Source of the DNA: an uncultured Spirochaetaceae bacterium
GTDB lineage: Bacteria; Spirochaetota; Spirochaetia; SZUA-6; DRHE01
DNA length: 64,000 bases
Direction of reading: 5' to 3'
Assembly (NCBI GenBank): GCA_964490725.1
Contig: CAZBDU010000013.1
Coordinates: 8,633-72,632 of the forward strand
Shown here: in pieces, positions 7,570 to 17,037 of the stretch
Position numbering within the stretch: the first letter of the stretch is position 1
Layout of the letters: each line of letters opens with the position of its first letter
Position numbers and translations under genes: made by a program
The notes under the pieces: generated by a model
What the model saw: only the letters and a program-made list of their open reading frames with translations
The model's database searches: none
What the model was told of the DNA's origin: nothing

Positions 7570-8655
7570 TCAGGAACCGCCGCCGGCCAGGTATCCCCGG
7601 GGGGTCGTGCCGGTGAGGCGGCGAAAGGCGTCGTAGAACGCGGACTTGGACTGGAAGCCGGCCTCGAAGGCCAGGGCCAGGATGGTCTTGCGCCGCTGCT
7701 CGCCCCGGGCCAGCGAAGACAGGATCTCGCGAACCCGGTAGCCCGCCACATGATCGCTGAACCGCTCGCCGATGCGATGGTTCAGAACGTAGGAGAGGTA
7801 CTGAGGCGGGCAGCCGACGCGCCGGGCGCAGGCAGGCAGGCTCAGGGTTTCCTCCCGATAGGCCCCGGAGGCCATGAGCTCGGCGAAGCGCCGCTCGATC
7901 AGGTCCAGGGACTCCGCCGGGGCCGGGGCTTCCGCCGGCAGGGAGGGCCCAACCGCGGCCGCTCCGGGGCTCTCAGGCTGCCGGACGGCGGAGGCAATCA
8001 GGCGCGGCCGCGCCAGCACACGCAGCCAGCAGCCGGTCAGGAACACCGTGACGCCGGCCCGGGTGAGCACCTCGGCCAGATCGAGAAACCACGGGATGGA
8101 GTAGACCACTCCCGCCACTCCCGTGACGGCCATGAAGAGGAATATCCCTGCCATCCAGTAGATCAGGTAGCGCAGCCACGGCAGAGTGGACTCGGCGGGG
8201 TTCGAGACCAGGTCTTTGAGCTCCTCCTGGCGGCGCTTCAGGACCGCCACAATCGCGGCGGCGTAGAGGAGAACCCAGCCGATGCGGGCCACGGCCATGG
8301 GCAGGTAGACGCGCGTACCCGGCGGGCCGAACAGGTACACGGCGACCGCAGCCGGGTACACCAGCGCGTGCAGCGCGATCCGGGGCCTGCCTCCGATGCT
8401 TCGCGCCGCGTAGTACCAGAGGAAAGGCCCGAACAGAAAGATGGCCTGGCGGAAGGGCGCGTGCAGAAGCGGTCGCTCTGCCAGGGACTGCGGCAGTGGG
8501 AACAGTGGATACAGGTCCGGGACGAAGCTGAGGCCGATCACCAGGAACAGGGGCACGATCTCCCAGGCTCGCCGGGAGGCCGCGGCGCCGGCGAAGAGCA
8601 ATCCCAGGAAGATCGGAATGATGGAGCTCACCCCCCGCAGGAGGACCAGATCCAT
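7570..8655 (-). CDS. Membrane-anchored AraC family transcriptional regulator
   Basis: 361 aa. About 6 N-terminal hydrophobic helices followed by an AraC HTH (LSLPACARRVGCPPQYLSYVLNHRIGERFSDHVAGYRVREI..LALAFEAGFQSKSAFYDAFRRLTGTTPRGY). Confidence 0.8.
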   Translation of the reverse strand: MDLVLLRGVSSIIPIFLGLLFAGAAASRRAWEIVPLFLVIGLSFVPDLYPLFPLPQSLAERPLLHAPFRQAIFLFGPFLWYYAARSIGGRPRIALHALVYPAAVAVYLFGPPGTRVYLPMAVARIGWVLLYAAAIVAVLKRRQEELKDLVSNPAESTLPWLRYLIYWMAGIFLFMAVTGVAGVVYSIPWFLDLAEVLTRAGVTVFLTGCWLRVLARPRLIASAVRQPESPGAAAVGPSLPAEAPAPAESLDLIERRFAELMASGAYREETLSLPACARRVGCPPQYLSYVLNHRIGERFSDHVAGYRVREILSSLARGEQRRKTILALAFEAGFQSKSAFYDAFRRLTGTTPRGYLAGGGS

Positions 8656-8662
8656 GGGTCTG

Positions 8663-9280
8663 TCACCGCCGCGGTGCCGCTTGCGGCCCGTCTCCGGCGC
8701 CTCCCAGGAGGCGGCTCAGCAGGAGCTCCAGGTACTCCATGCGGGCTGCGGATCCTCGGGGCGCCGCCTCGGGAAGATCGGCGAACATCCCGCCCAGGAG
8801 CCCCCAGCCCATGGTCGCTGAGAACAGCGCCGCCAGCCGCAGCTCCAGCCCTGCGGCGCCGCCCGGCAGGACCGGCGCCAGGGCGTCCCGCGCCCGAACC
8901 AGGAAGCCCCGGAACCTCCGGGCAAAGACCGTCTCGAAGTCTCCCTCCATGATGGGACCGTGGAGGTGAGCCTTGGAGAGGTTCGGGAACTTCTCCAGGC
9001 CCTCGAGGAGCTCCCGCAGGATCGACCGCAGGCGATCCACCGGTTCCATCTTGGGGTCCGCGATGATCCGTTCCCAGTCGCCGATGGCGTTCTCGGTGGT
9101 GGCCGCCAGGGTGCGATCGATGAGGGCCTGCTTGGAGCGAAAATAGTAGTTCACTGCCGCGCTGTTCATGCCCGCGATCTCGGCGATCTTGCGGATGGTC
9201 ACCGACTCGATCCCCACCGCTTCGATGCACTGAATCGTGGCTTCCAGCAGCCGCTGCTCCGCCCCGGGCTCCCTGTCCAT
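8663..9280 (-). CDS. TetR/AcrR family transcriptional regulator
   Basis: 205 aa. HTH LLEATIQCIEAVGIESVTIRKIAEIAGMNSAAVNYYFRSKQALI. Confidence 0.9.
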   Translation of the reverse strand: MDREPGAEQRLLEATIQCIEAVGIESVTIRKIAEIAGMNSAAVNYYFRSKQALIDRTLAATTENAIGDWERIIADPKMEPVDRLRSILRELLEGLEKFPNLSKAHLHGPIMEGDFETVFARRFRGFLVRARDALAPVLPGGAAGLELRLAALFSATMGWGLLGGMFADLPEAAPRGSAARMEYLELLLSRLLGGAGDGPQAAPRR

Positions 9281-9281
9281 G

Positions 9282-9306
9282 GGCGGACGCTAACACGCCG
9301 TCCGCC
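9282..9306. terminator. GC-rich hairpin (GGCGGACG-9 nt-CGTCCGCC) between the hydrolase stop and the TetR start
   Basis: 8-bp perfect stem read from the sequence, with no clear U-tract. It could be a weak terminator or a processing/regulatory stem. Confidence 0.3.
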
Positions 9307-9311
9307 GGCTG

Positions 9312-10700
9312 TCAATCAGGCGATTGAATCCCCTGGTTGCGGCTCCAGGCCGTCTCCCCCTCCCCGGGCTGACCCCGCAGGGACCGCCCGCCTCCGGTTC
9401 TTCCCATCTCCTGGTCGATCCAGTCGAAGATCCGCTGGCTCGAGACGGCCAGGGAGCCCGTCTGCACGTGCAGGGGGGCGGCCTCCGCCTCGGTGAACAT
9501 CATGTAGTCCTTCCGGCAGGTCAGGGCGTCGTAGAGTTCCCTCGACTGGCCGAACTCCTCCGCCTCCGCGTCGATCACCAGCGTGGCGGCCCGGATCCGC
9601 CCCACTCCGTCGGCGTTGGTGAAGGCCTTCATCTTGTCGAGCATCTCGGAAGGGCTGCGGGCGCCGTGCTTCCACATGGTGTCGGTGAGGCCCCAGGTCA
9701 GGAACGGGCTCAGCCGGCCCGCCACCCCGAGGACCGCGTTCAGCGCGGCGGGGCTCGATTCGTACAGCCGCAGGAGGTGCGGCGCGTATTCCTCCAGCTG
9801 CCGGAAGAACACCCTGCCCCAGTCCACCACGCCCGGGTTGGCGATGCAGAGCCGCAGGCGGGGTTCGTGGGCCGCCGCGCGGGGGGCCAGGTAGCCGCCC
9901 ATGCTCATGCCCATCAGGATGATCCCTTGCGGATCCACCTCGGGACGCGCCGCCAGGGTATCCACCACCGGGGTGATGAAGGCCTCCCAGTCAGGGCGGA
10001 AGGGCAGGTCGTGGCGCCGCAGCGCCTGACCGTTGCCGGGGCCGTCGATGAGCAGGCAGTGGTAGCCCCTGCGCACCGCCTCGTCGGCCACGTACTTGCA
10101 GTCCTCCGCCCAGGCGTCGCGGCCCTGGTGCACGATCAGGGTCGGCGCGGGCCCGCCGGCCTTTGGCGAGCGGTAGAAGTAGCCGGTCAGCTCCAGACCC
10201 TCGTAGGGCACCGCCAGCACCTCCAGCGGCGCGCCGAGCAACTCCTGCGATTTGACGAAGCAGGCAATCTCCCGCTCGGTCAGCTCCTTCACCTCGGGCG
10301 AGCCGGGGTGCATGTGGCGGTGCATGGCGGCCCGGTAGTAGGAGGCGGCGCGCAGGTAGTACTCTCCTGCGCTCTCCCGATGTCCCGCCGCCAGCAGCCT
10401 GTCCGCCTCCCGGTGCAGCCGCGCCGCGGTCTTTCTCCACTCACGGGCCCAGCTCTCCGGGTCGTCCCTGTCCACCCGGGAAGCGGTCTCCAGGCACTCG
10501 TTGATGTCCGTCATCCCGGTCCATGCCTCCCCCAGGTAGAAGAGCAGCACCTGGTCCAGGATGGGGTCCGCCATCATGCCGAGCTCGTACCACTTCTTCT
10601 CCGCCTCTTCGCCCTCCTGCCGCCCGGCGGCGCAGGACGCCGTGAAGAGAACCGCAGCCACGGCCAGGCCAGCCCGCACCCAGTGAATCAGCTTCTTCAT
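9312..10700 (-). CDS. Alpha/beta hydrolase, probable lipoprotein
   Basis: 462 aa. Signal peptide plus Cys (AVLFTASC). Nucleophile elbow GMSMGG. Low-complexity C-terminal tail. Confidence 0.8.
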   Translation of the reverse strand: MKKLIHWVRAGLAVAAVLFTASCAAGRQEGEEAEKKWYELGMMADPILDQVLLFYLGEAWTGMTDINECLETASRVDRDDPESWAREWRKTAARLHREADRLLAAGHRESAGEYYLRAASYYRAAMHRHMHPGSPEVKELTEREIACFVKSQELLGAPLEVLAVPYEGLELTGYFYRSPKAGGPAPTLIVHQGRDAWAEDCKYVADEAVRRGYHCLLIDGPGNGQALRRHDLPFRPDWEAFITPVVDTLAARPEVDPQGIILMGMSMGGYLAPRAAAHEPRLRLCIANPGVVDWGRVFFRQLEEYAPHLLRLYESSPAALNAVLGVAGRLSPFLTWGLTDTMWKHGARSPSEMLDKMKAFTNADGVGRIRAATLVIDAEAEEFGQSRELYDALTCRKDYMMFTEAEAAPLHVQTGSLAVSSQRIFDWIDQEMGRTGGGRSLRGQPGEGETAWSRNQGIQSPD

Positions 10701-10955
10701 CCCTTCCTCCCACGCTGCAGGCTAGATACGGGCACAATATAGCGCGGAGGTCGCGGGTTGTCAATCGTGTGATTAAATCATTTGTTCGTAGGATTGCTTC
10801 CGGCCATCACGTCACCCGTCGTATGGTCGGGAGTAGGCGAGAAGTAGAGCCGACCCGTGGCTCCGTTGACAGCGTGTACCGAAGGTGCTACGATTTTCCC
10901 GGGTCGACGCACGGTCGGTGGAGACCGTTACAAGACGGAAATGGGAGGCAGATCC

Positions 10956-12047
10956 ATGGCTCCCGCCACCCGCAAACGCGATACACGTCCCGACGCAGCC
11001 ATTCCACTTCGCGATCTGCTGAAGCTGAGCGTTTCGATCCTCGGCGCGCTCGGGGGTCTTACCGCTTTTCTGTCTTTCATGGGATTCGTGATCGCTCTGA
11101 GCTTCATCTCCAGTCAAGGGCTGTACGGAATTCCGAACTTCGCCGAGCAGTTCTTCAAGGAGGCGGCTGTCAAGTTCGTCGATGACCTGTTCGTTGTTCT
11201 GCATGGATGGCGTGTCCTGGCTTTTCTTCTCCTTCTCGCCCTTCTCTTTTGCCTGACTCTGCTCACCAGGGCCGCACGAAGTGAAGGAAATCAGGGATTC
11301 TGGAGGCACGGACGCCGCGTACTTGCGGTCGGCTACCCGATTTTCCTGTGTGCCGCGGCAGTGGGGGCGATCGCCCTTCTGTTCATGCTCGACAGTGACT
11401 TCGCGAAGATCAAGTCCAACGGAGCCATGCTGTACTGGATCTGCCTGCCCGTCTTCCTGGGTGTCCTGCTCTATCTTCTGTTCCACGCGCGAGACCTCTC
11501 CACAGGCAGCCGGGGCGGCAAGATCGCCTACAGCGGCTTTCTCCTCCTGTTCGTGGCCCTGGCCCTGAGCCTTCCCTTCAGCTACGGAAGGAACGTTTTC
11601 GATTTCCCCGTGTACAAAGTCTCCGCCATCGACAGCCACGCGTTTTCGGAGGGCAATCTCGGCCGCCCAGAGGGCGATTCCCCCCTCTCCGCCATGATGC
11701 GCGCCTTCGGAAGCGCCCGCCGGCAGGATGATGTGGTTCGAGCCGAAGACTTTCGAGTTTACTACGTCATGTTTCACACCAGCGGAAAGGAAGTCTTCAT
11801 AGTTCCCGGATCAGCTGAGTACACCCCGCTCAAATTCGTGCTGGTCGATGAGAACCTCACGTCTTTCCTCGAGCTGATTGCCAGTGTCGATAGCGGCTCC
11901 GGACCGACGACCGTCAACTATACGACGTTCAGGTTCGTCCTCGCCCAGGCGCGTTCCGCGGGCAGCGCCCTTCCCGGCGAACCATTCGGCACCGAGGACT
12001 ACGAGAGGTACGACCTGGAGGAGCTGCCGACGCAGATGCTTCGCTGA
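10956..12047 (+). CDS. Hypothetical multi-pass membrane protein
   Basis: Start set at the ATG 7 nt after GGGAGG. About 6 hydrophobic helices followed by a soluble ~130-aa C-terminus. No recognised domain. GC visibly lower than the flanks. Confidence 0.5.
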   Translation: MAPATRKRDTRPDAAIPLRDLLKLSVSILGALGGLTAFLSFMGFVIALSFISSQGLYGIPNFAEQFFKEAAVKFVDDLFVVLHGWRVLAFLLLLALLFCLTLLTRAARSEGNQGFWRHGRRVLAVGYPIFLCAAAVGAIALLFMLDSDFAKIKSNGAMLYWICLPVFLGVLLYLLFHARDLSTGSRGGKIAYSGFLLLFVALALSLPFSYGRNVFDFPVYKVSAIDSHAFSEGNLGRPEGDSPLSAMMRAFGSARRQDDVVRAEDFRVYYVMFHTSGKEVFIVPGSAEYTPLKFVLVDENLTSFLELIASVDSGSGPTTVNYTTFRFVLAQARSAGSALPGEPFGTEDYERYDLEELPTQMLR

Positions 12048-12117
12048 GCCGCCGGCCGGGTGGCCGGCAGCAGAGAGGCAGCGCGTGGAGCAGGCGCAAG
12101 AGCCAGGAGCTGGAGAG

Positions 12118-12696
12118 ATGACCAAGAGAACCATCACAGTCTGCGGGTTTGTTCTGTACCTTCTTGCTGCCGCAAACGGCAACGCCCAGGACCGGCTGGC
12201 CATCACGCCGGGAGTCGGGCTGGCTTTCGCGAGGGTGGACGCGCCTGCAAGCGAGTTCATCGAGGCAGTCGGATCGAAGGTGCAGATGAGCCGAGTCGAT
12301 GTGGGATCCTCCAGCCAGCCGGCCAGGCAGATCCTCATCTACGCCTTTGAGATAGGAGTCACCGCCGTGTGCAACGACCCTGCCCCCGGGAGCGGACTGG
12401 AAGTCTCCGCAATCGTCATCAGCAATCCCGCATTCCTGGTGAGGGGGAACGGGCTGCACGTTGGGAGCCAGGAATCGGAAGTCACGCGGCTCATGGGAAG
12501 TGCTTCCCCAGCGGATTTGCGCCTCTCCGGCTATCGAGTCCTGCAGTACCCCCAGCGCGGGATAGTCTTCGCGATCGGCGGCGGAGCCGTGGTGTCGATC
12601 ACGGTGCGAGCTTCCGGCACCGCCGAAATCTACGAGCAGTACAGGGGGATCCTCGGAATGGGCCTGGCCAAGAGCGAGTTGCTGCTCGCAAGATGA
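12118..12696 (+). CDS. Hypothetical secreted protein
   Basis: MTKRTITVCGFVLYLLAAANGNA-QD signal peptide, GGAGAG SD. No recognised domain. Confidence 0.5.
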   Translation: MTKRTITVCGFVLYLLAAANGNAQDRLAITPGVGLAFARVDAPASEFIEAVGSKVQMSRVDVGSSSQPARQILIYAFEIGVTAVCNDPAPGSGLEVSAIVISNPAFLVRGNGLHVGSQESEVTRLMGSASPADLRLSGYRVLQYPQRGIVFAIGGGAVVSITVRASGTAEIYEQYRGILGMGLAKSELLLAR

Positions 12697-13071
12697 AGCG
12701 GGTGCCCGCGTTGTCCGCAGGGGGTGGGCACCGGATCCGGCCGGCGGGAGCCGGATTCCTGAGTTGCCTGCGCGAACGAGTTGCGGACCCCGTCGCCCAC
12801 GCGCTATGCTGGCAGCAAGACCGACACGCTCCAGCGCTTGGGTTGCAGGGGGTTTCCATGAGTTTTCGGCCCGCCGCGAGATGGCGCCAGAGGGACGGGT
12901 GCTGGGGATCCTGCGCAGGCTGCATCTGATCCTGCCGCTGGGGGATGCATTCCTGCAGGTCGCGCAGAATCAGAGACTGCCTTTCCAGAACTGAGACTTG
13001 ACTTTCCTCTTGAGCTGTTGAAGGCTCTTTGCCGGCGGTCTTGCGGCCTGATGCCAGTGCGCCAACACGGG

Positions 13072-14121
13072 TCAGCCGGCCGTCCTCGCGTGGTGAGGGG
13101 GTCCCGACTCCTGGGCGTAGCGGACCTCCGCAAGCCTCCTCCTGGCGGCGAAGCTCTTCACCACCTCATCGGCCCCGACACCCACTAGGATGACGAAACC
13201 GACCACGGCGAACTCCAGGGTCGTGGCGATGCCCAGGATGTTGATGGCGTTGTACAGCACCCGCACGATTGCGGTCCCGATGATCACCCCCAGGATGTTC
13301 CCTTCCCCTCCCTTCAGACTGACCCCGCCGACTACGCAGCCGGCGATGGCGTACAGCTCGTACATGTTCCCGGCCGTGGAGGGCTGGACCGTGTTCAGGT
13401 CCAGGGAGAAAAGGATGCCGGCGAACCCGGCGCAGGTGCTGGAGATGACGTAGGCGATGATGGTCATGCGGTCGGTGTTGATGCCGCTGAAGCGCGCGGC
13501 CTTCTCGTTGCGGCCCAGCGCCAGGATGTACCGCCCGTAGACCGAGCGATTCAGGAACACCGCCAGGATGATGCCGATGGCGATCAGAATGAGAAAGGGC
13601 ATCGGAAAGGACCAGTCAACCAGAAACCGGGGCGCCTGCCCCTGGGGCCAGAACGCCGAAGGGATCCTGCCGTGGGCCAGGAACTTCAACCCGGCGAAGC
13701 CGTTGCCATAGCCCTGGGTCACGTCCTGCATGGAAAAGCGGGCCATCCCGCGGTAGATGAACAGCCCGCAGAGGGTCACCACGAAGGGCTGCATCTTGAT
13801 CTTGGTGACCAGCAGCCCGTGGACGATCCCCATCAGGACCGACAGTCCCAGGCAGAGGAGAATGACGGGAACCACCGGCCACCCGCGCATGCGGATGAAG
13901 TGTGCGGACAGGGCGCCCACCAAACCCACGATGGAACCGACGGAGAGATCGATGCCGCCGGTCATAATCACGAAGGCCTCCCCCAGGCTGAGCAGCCCGA
14001 ACAGCCCGGACCAGCGCATGATGTTCATCAGGTTGTACCCCCCGATGAAGCTGGGATCGATGAGCGAGGTGATCATCATGACCACGGCCAGCAGCACCGC
14101 AATTCCGGCTATTCTCTTCAT
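13072..14121 (-). CDS. CUT2-family (ribose-type) sugar ABC transporter permease
   Basis: 349 aa. RbsC-like: GLFGLLSLGEAFVIMTGGIDLSVGSIVGL.., ALGRNEKAARFSGINTD. Confidence 0.9.
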   Translation of the reverse strand: MKRIAGIAVLLAVVMMITSLIDPSFIGGYNLMNIMRWSGLFGLLSLGEAFVIMTGGIDLSVGSIVGLVGALSAHFIRMRGWPVVPVILLCLGLSVLMGIVHGLLVTKIKMQPFVVTLCGLFIYRGMARFSMQDVTQGYGNGFAGLKFLAHGRIPSAFWPQGQAPRFLVDWSFPMPFLILIAIGIILAVFLNRSVYGRYILALGRNEKAARFSGINTDRMTIIAYVISSTCAGFAGILFSLDLNTVQPSTAGNMYELYAIAGCVVGGVSLKGGEGNILGVIIGTAIVRVLYNAINILGIATTLEFAVVGFVILVGVGADEVVKSFAARRRLAEVRYAQESGPPHHARTAG

Positions 14122-14145
14122 TCCTTCGTCCCTTCGTCCCCCGGT

Positions 14146-15654
14146 CTACTTCCCCCCGGTGGCCAGGTTGACCACCGCTTCCTCGCTGAACTGCTCCTTG
14201 TGCAGCTCTCCGCTGATCGCACCCTCGTGCATCACCAGGATCCGATCCGCAATGCCCAGCACCTCCTGCATCTCGCTGGAGATCACCAGGTTGGCGACCC
14301 CCTCCGCCGCCAGGCGCTCCATCAGACGGTAGATTTCCTCCTTGGCGACGACGTCGATGCCCCGGGTCGGCTCGTCCAGCAGGAGCACCCTGGGATTCAG
14401 GGAAAGCCACTTGCCCAGCACCACCTTTTGCTGGTTGCCGCCCGAGAGGGACTCCACCAGCTGGTCGATGCTGCGCAGGCGTACGTCCAGCCTCTGCACC
14501 ATCTGCCTGGCCAGGTCTCGCACCTCATCGAAGCGGATCATCTTGAGTGTCTGATGGCGGCCGAGACCGGCGAGGGTGATGTTCGGTTCCACGGCCATCT
14601 CCACGATCAGCCCGTGGAGCTTCCGGTCTTCCGGCACCAGGATGATCCCGTGGCTTATGGCGTCCTGCGGGCCGGTGATGCGGACCGGCTCGCCGTCCAG
14701 GAGAACCGTACCCGAAAGAGGGCTCTCGATGCCGAAGAGGGCGTGGGCCAGCTCGGTCCTGCCGGCTCCGACCAGTCCCGCCAGAACCAGGATCTCTCCC
14801 GCATGGACGGCGAAGCTGATCGGAACCCCGGGATGCCGCGCAAGGACCAGGTCGCGCACCTCGAGAACCGGACGGCCGACGAACTCATGCTCCTTGTGGT
14901 AGAACTTCTCGATGTCCCGGCCCACCATCAGCTTCACCATCTTCTCGTGGCTTATCTCCTGCAGGCTCAGGTGGCCGGAGACACAACCGTCGCGAAGCAC
15001 GACCACCCTGTCCGCCACCTCCTTCACCTCGCCCAGGCGGTGGGAGATGTAGATGATGCTCACTCCCTGAGACCGCAACTCCTCGATGACCTTGAACAGC
15101 CTCTCCGCCTCCGAGCGGGAAAGGCTGCTGGTCGGCTCGTCGAGAATCAGGATCTTCGAGTTGATGGACAGGGCCTTGGCGATCTCCACCAGCTGCTGGC
15201 TGCCGATGGCCAGGTGCCGGACAAGCACCTTCGGAGAGCAGTGCATGTCGATCCGGCTGAGGATTCTCTCCGTGTCCTCGTAGATCTTCCTGCGGTCCAC
15301 AAGACGCAGGAGCCCTCTCTCCCGCGGCTCCCGCCCGAGGAACACGTTGGCGCCCACGTCCAGGTTGTCCGAAAGGTTAAGCTCCTGATGGACGAAGGCG
15401 ATCCCCAGGCTGGTCGCCACCTGCACCGAAGGGATGCGTACCTCCTGGCCGTCCAGAACGATTGTGCCGGCGTCCGGCTCGTACACTCCCCCCAGGATCT
15501 TGGCGAGGGTGCTCTTGCCCGCGCCGTTTTCCCCGATGATCGCCAGGATCTCGCCCCGGTGCAGCCGGAGGCTGACATTGTCCAGTGCTTTGACTCCGGG
15601 GAAGAACTTGGTGACGCCGCGCATCTCCAGCAGGCAGGACCTGCCTCGCTCCAT
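14146..15654 (-). CDS. Sugar ABC transporter ATP-binding protein with two fused NBDs (RbsA-like)
   Basis: Two Walker A motifs (GENGAGKST, GLVGAGRTE), Walker B motifs (ILILDEPT, VLLLDEPT) and signature LSGGNQQK. Start placed at the internal ATG (MERGRS..LEMRGVTKFFPGVKAL); the track ORF extends to 15768. Confidence 0.92.
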   Translation of the reverse strand: MERGRSCLLEMRGVTKFFPGVKALDNVSLRLHRGEILAIIGENGAGKSTLAKILGGVYEPDAGTIVLDGQEVRIPSVQVATSLGIAFVHQELNLSDNLDVGANVFLGREPRERGLLRLVDRRKIYEDTERILSRIDMHCSPKVLVRHLAIGSQQLVEIAKALSINSKILILDEPTSSLSRSEAERLFKVIEELRSQGVSIIYISHRLGEVKEVADRVVVLRDGCVSGHLSLQEISHEKMVKLMVGRDIEKFYHKEHEFVGRPVLEVRDLVLARHPGVPISFAVHAGEILVLAGLVGAGRTELAHALFGIESPLSGTVLLDGEPVRITGPQDAISHGIILVPEDRKLHGLIVEMAVEPNITLAGLGRHQTLKMIRFDEVRDLARQMVQRLDVRLRSIDQLVESLSGGNQQKVVLGKWLSLNPRVLLLDEPTRGIDVVAKEEIYRLMERLAAEGVANLVISSEMQEVLGIADRILVMHEGAISGELHKEQFSEEAVVNLATGGK

Positions 15655-15806
15655 CTCCCGTCCCTGACCCGCTTCCGTTTTCGCCACGCCGACCTCCACA
15701 GGTTGACCTTGATGCTCCACCAGACGGGTCCTCCCGGGACGCGAGCCTGGGGAGGCCCCCGAGCTCACCCCAGGCTCGACATACCCACTGCTTCCGGGAG
15801 GAACAG

Positions 15807-16859
15807 CTATTTTACCTCGAAGAACTCACCCACGGCCAGCTGCTTGTTCAGGGTCTCCATGAAAGCGTCGACCTTGTCCTTGGTGATGTAGCGGGCAGGA
15901 ACATCCACAAGCTTGTCCGCGGGGATGCCCGCATCCTGGCCGCTGATGATCTTGTACAGCAGCTCGACGCTGGTGCGGCCGTACTCGTAGGGGTTCTGCA
16001 CGATGGTGCCCGCCACGTAGCCATCCTTGATGGCCTGGAGGACGACCACCTCCTCGTCGAAGCCGATGATCTTCATGGTGCCCAGCTTGCCGGCATCCTG
16101 CACGGCGCTGATGATGGCCGGGGTGTTGTAGCTCCACAGGCCGATCATCAGGTCGAGGTCGGGGTACTTCACCAGGATGTCCTCGGCGTTCCCTTTGGCG
16201 CGGCTCTCGTCGCCGCCGTCGGTGCGGGTGTCCAGGATGGTCCACTGCCCGCAGTCAACCCTGCCCTGGGGGGTCATCTCTCCGGGATACTGGGCGGCGT
16301 AGGGCTTGCCCTGCAGCTCATCGATGATCCCCTGGCGGCGCTCCACGGCGTTCTGCGCGTCCAACCTGCCCACGAAGATCACGAGCTTGCCTCCGGCGGG
16401 CAGCTGTTCCTTGATCTTCTGCCCGGCCAGCCGACCGGCGGCATAGTTGCTCATCCCCACGTAGGCCCGCCGGTTGCTCTTGGGCGCGTCGCTGTCGAAC
16501 ATGACCACCGGTATCTTGGAGCCGATTTCATTCAGGAAGGGAGTCATGTTGTCCGGGTCGATGACGCTGATGGCCAGCCCGTCGATTCCCTTGGCCATCT
16601 GCGTCTCGATGAACCGCTTCTGCTCTTCCAGAGTGGCGCTGGGAGGCTTGTAGAAGTTCACCCTGACGCCGAACTCCTGCTCCGCCTTGAGGCAGCCGGC
16701 ATGAGCATAGGTCCAAAACGTGTACGGTCCGTTGGACACGTAGGCGATGTTGATCTGCTTCTGGGCCGCTGTCTCGGGTGTGCCCCCGGCCCACAGGGTG
16801 CCCATCCCCGCGAGCACCAGGAGGAGAAGTGTCCAAGAGAGGAACTTCCTCAGGTTCAT
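15807..16859 (-). CDS. Sugar ABC transporter periplasmic substrate-binding protein (RbsB-like)
   Basis: MNLRKFLSWTLLLLVLAGMGTLWAGG signal peptide. Periplasmic-binding-protein type I fold features. AAGGAGG SD 7 nt upstream of the ATG at 16859. Confidence 0.9.
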   Translation of the reverse strand: MNLRKFLSWTLLLLVLAGMGTLWAGGTPETAAQKQINIAYVSNGPYTFWTYAHAGCLKAEQEFGVRVNFYKPPSATLEEQKRFIETQMAKGIDGLAISVIDPDNMTPFLNEIGSKIPVVMFDSDAPKSNRRAYVGMSNYAAGRLAGQKIKEQLPAGGKLVIFVGRLDAQNAVERRQGIIDELQGKPYAAQYPGEMTPQGRVDCGQWTILDTRTDGGDESRAKGNAEDILVKYPDLDLMIGLWSYNTPAIISAVQDAGKLGTMKIIGFDEEVVVLQAIKDGYVAGTIVQNPYEYGRTSVELLYKIISGQDAGIPADKLVDVPARYITKDKVDAFMETLNKQLAVGEFFEVK

Positions 16860-16928
16860 GAGAGAACCTCCTTTGAGTCGATTGCGGGAAGACCACGCCG
16901 TGGCCCCGTTCTCCCGCTGTCCTTGGAG

Positions 16929-16944
16929 AGCAAGAATCATGCCA
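16929..16944 (-). promoter_or_regulatory. Sigma54 (-24/-12) promoter of the binding-protein/ATPase/permease operon
   Basis: The minus strand reads TGGCATGATTCTTGCT, against the consensus TGGCAC-N5-TTGCW. It lies about 70 nt upstream of the ATG at 16859, and a sigma54 activator is encoded divergently. Confidence 0.65.
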
Positions 16945-17009
16945 CAAGACGGAGGCATGACCCTGCAATCCCTTGAAGCGCAAACAGTTAAACCATGGCC
17001 CTGGCTTCC

Positions 17010-17037
17010 TTGACAGGGGAGCCCGCCCCTGTATAAT
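17010..17037 (+). promoter_or_regulatory. Consensus sigma70 promoter (TTGACA-16 nt-TATAAT) for the response-regulator/kinase operon
   Basis: Read directly: TTGACA at 17010-17015 and TATAAT at 17032-17037. A second TATAAT lies at 17063-17068. Confidence 0.55.

Noticed and set aside
12700-13071. Possible small gene or coiled-coil fragment (minus-strand peptide ..QEESQVSVLERQSLILRDLQECIPQRQDQMQ..) between the hypothetical pair and the permease.
   Set aside because: No start codon or SD in frame, no recognisable family, and it overlaps other equally poor ORFs. Left as intergenic.
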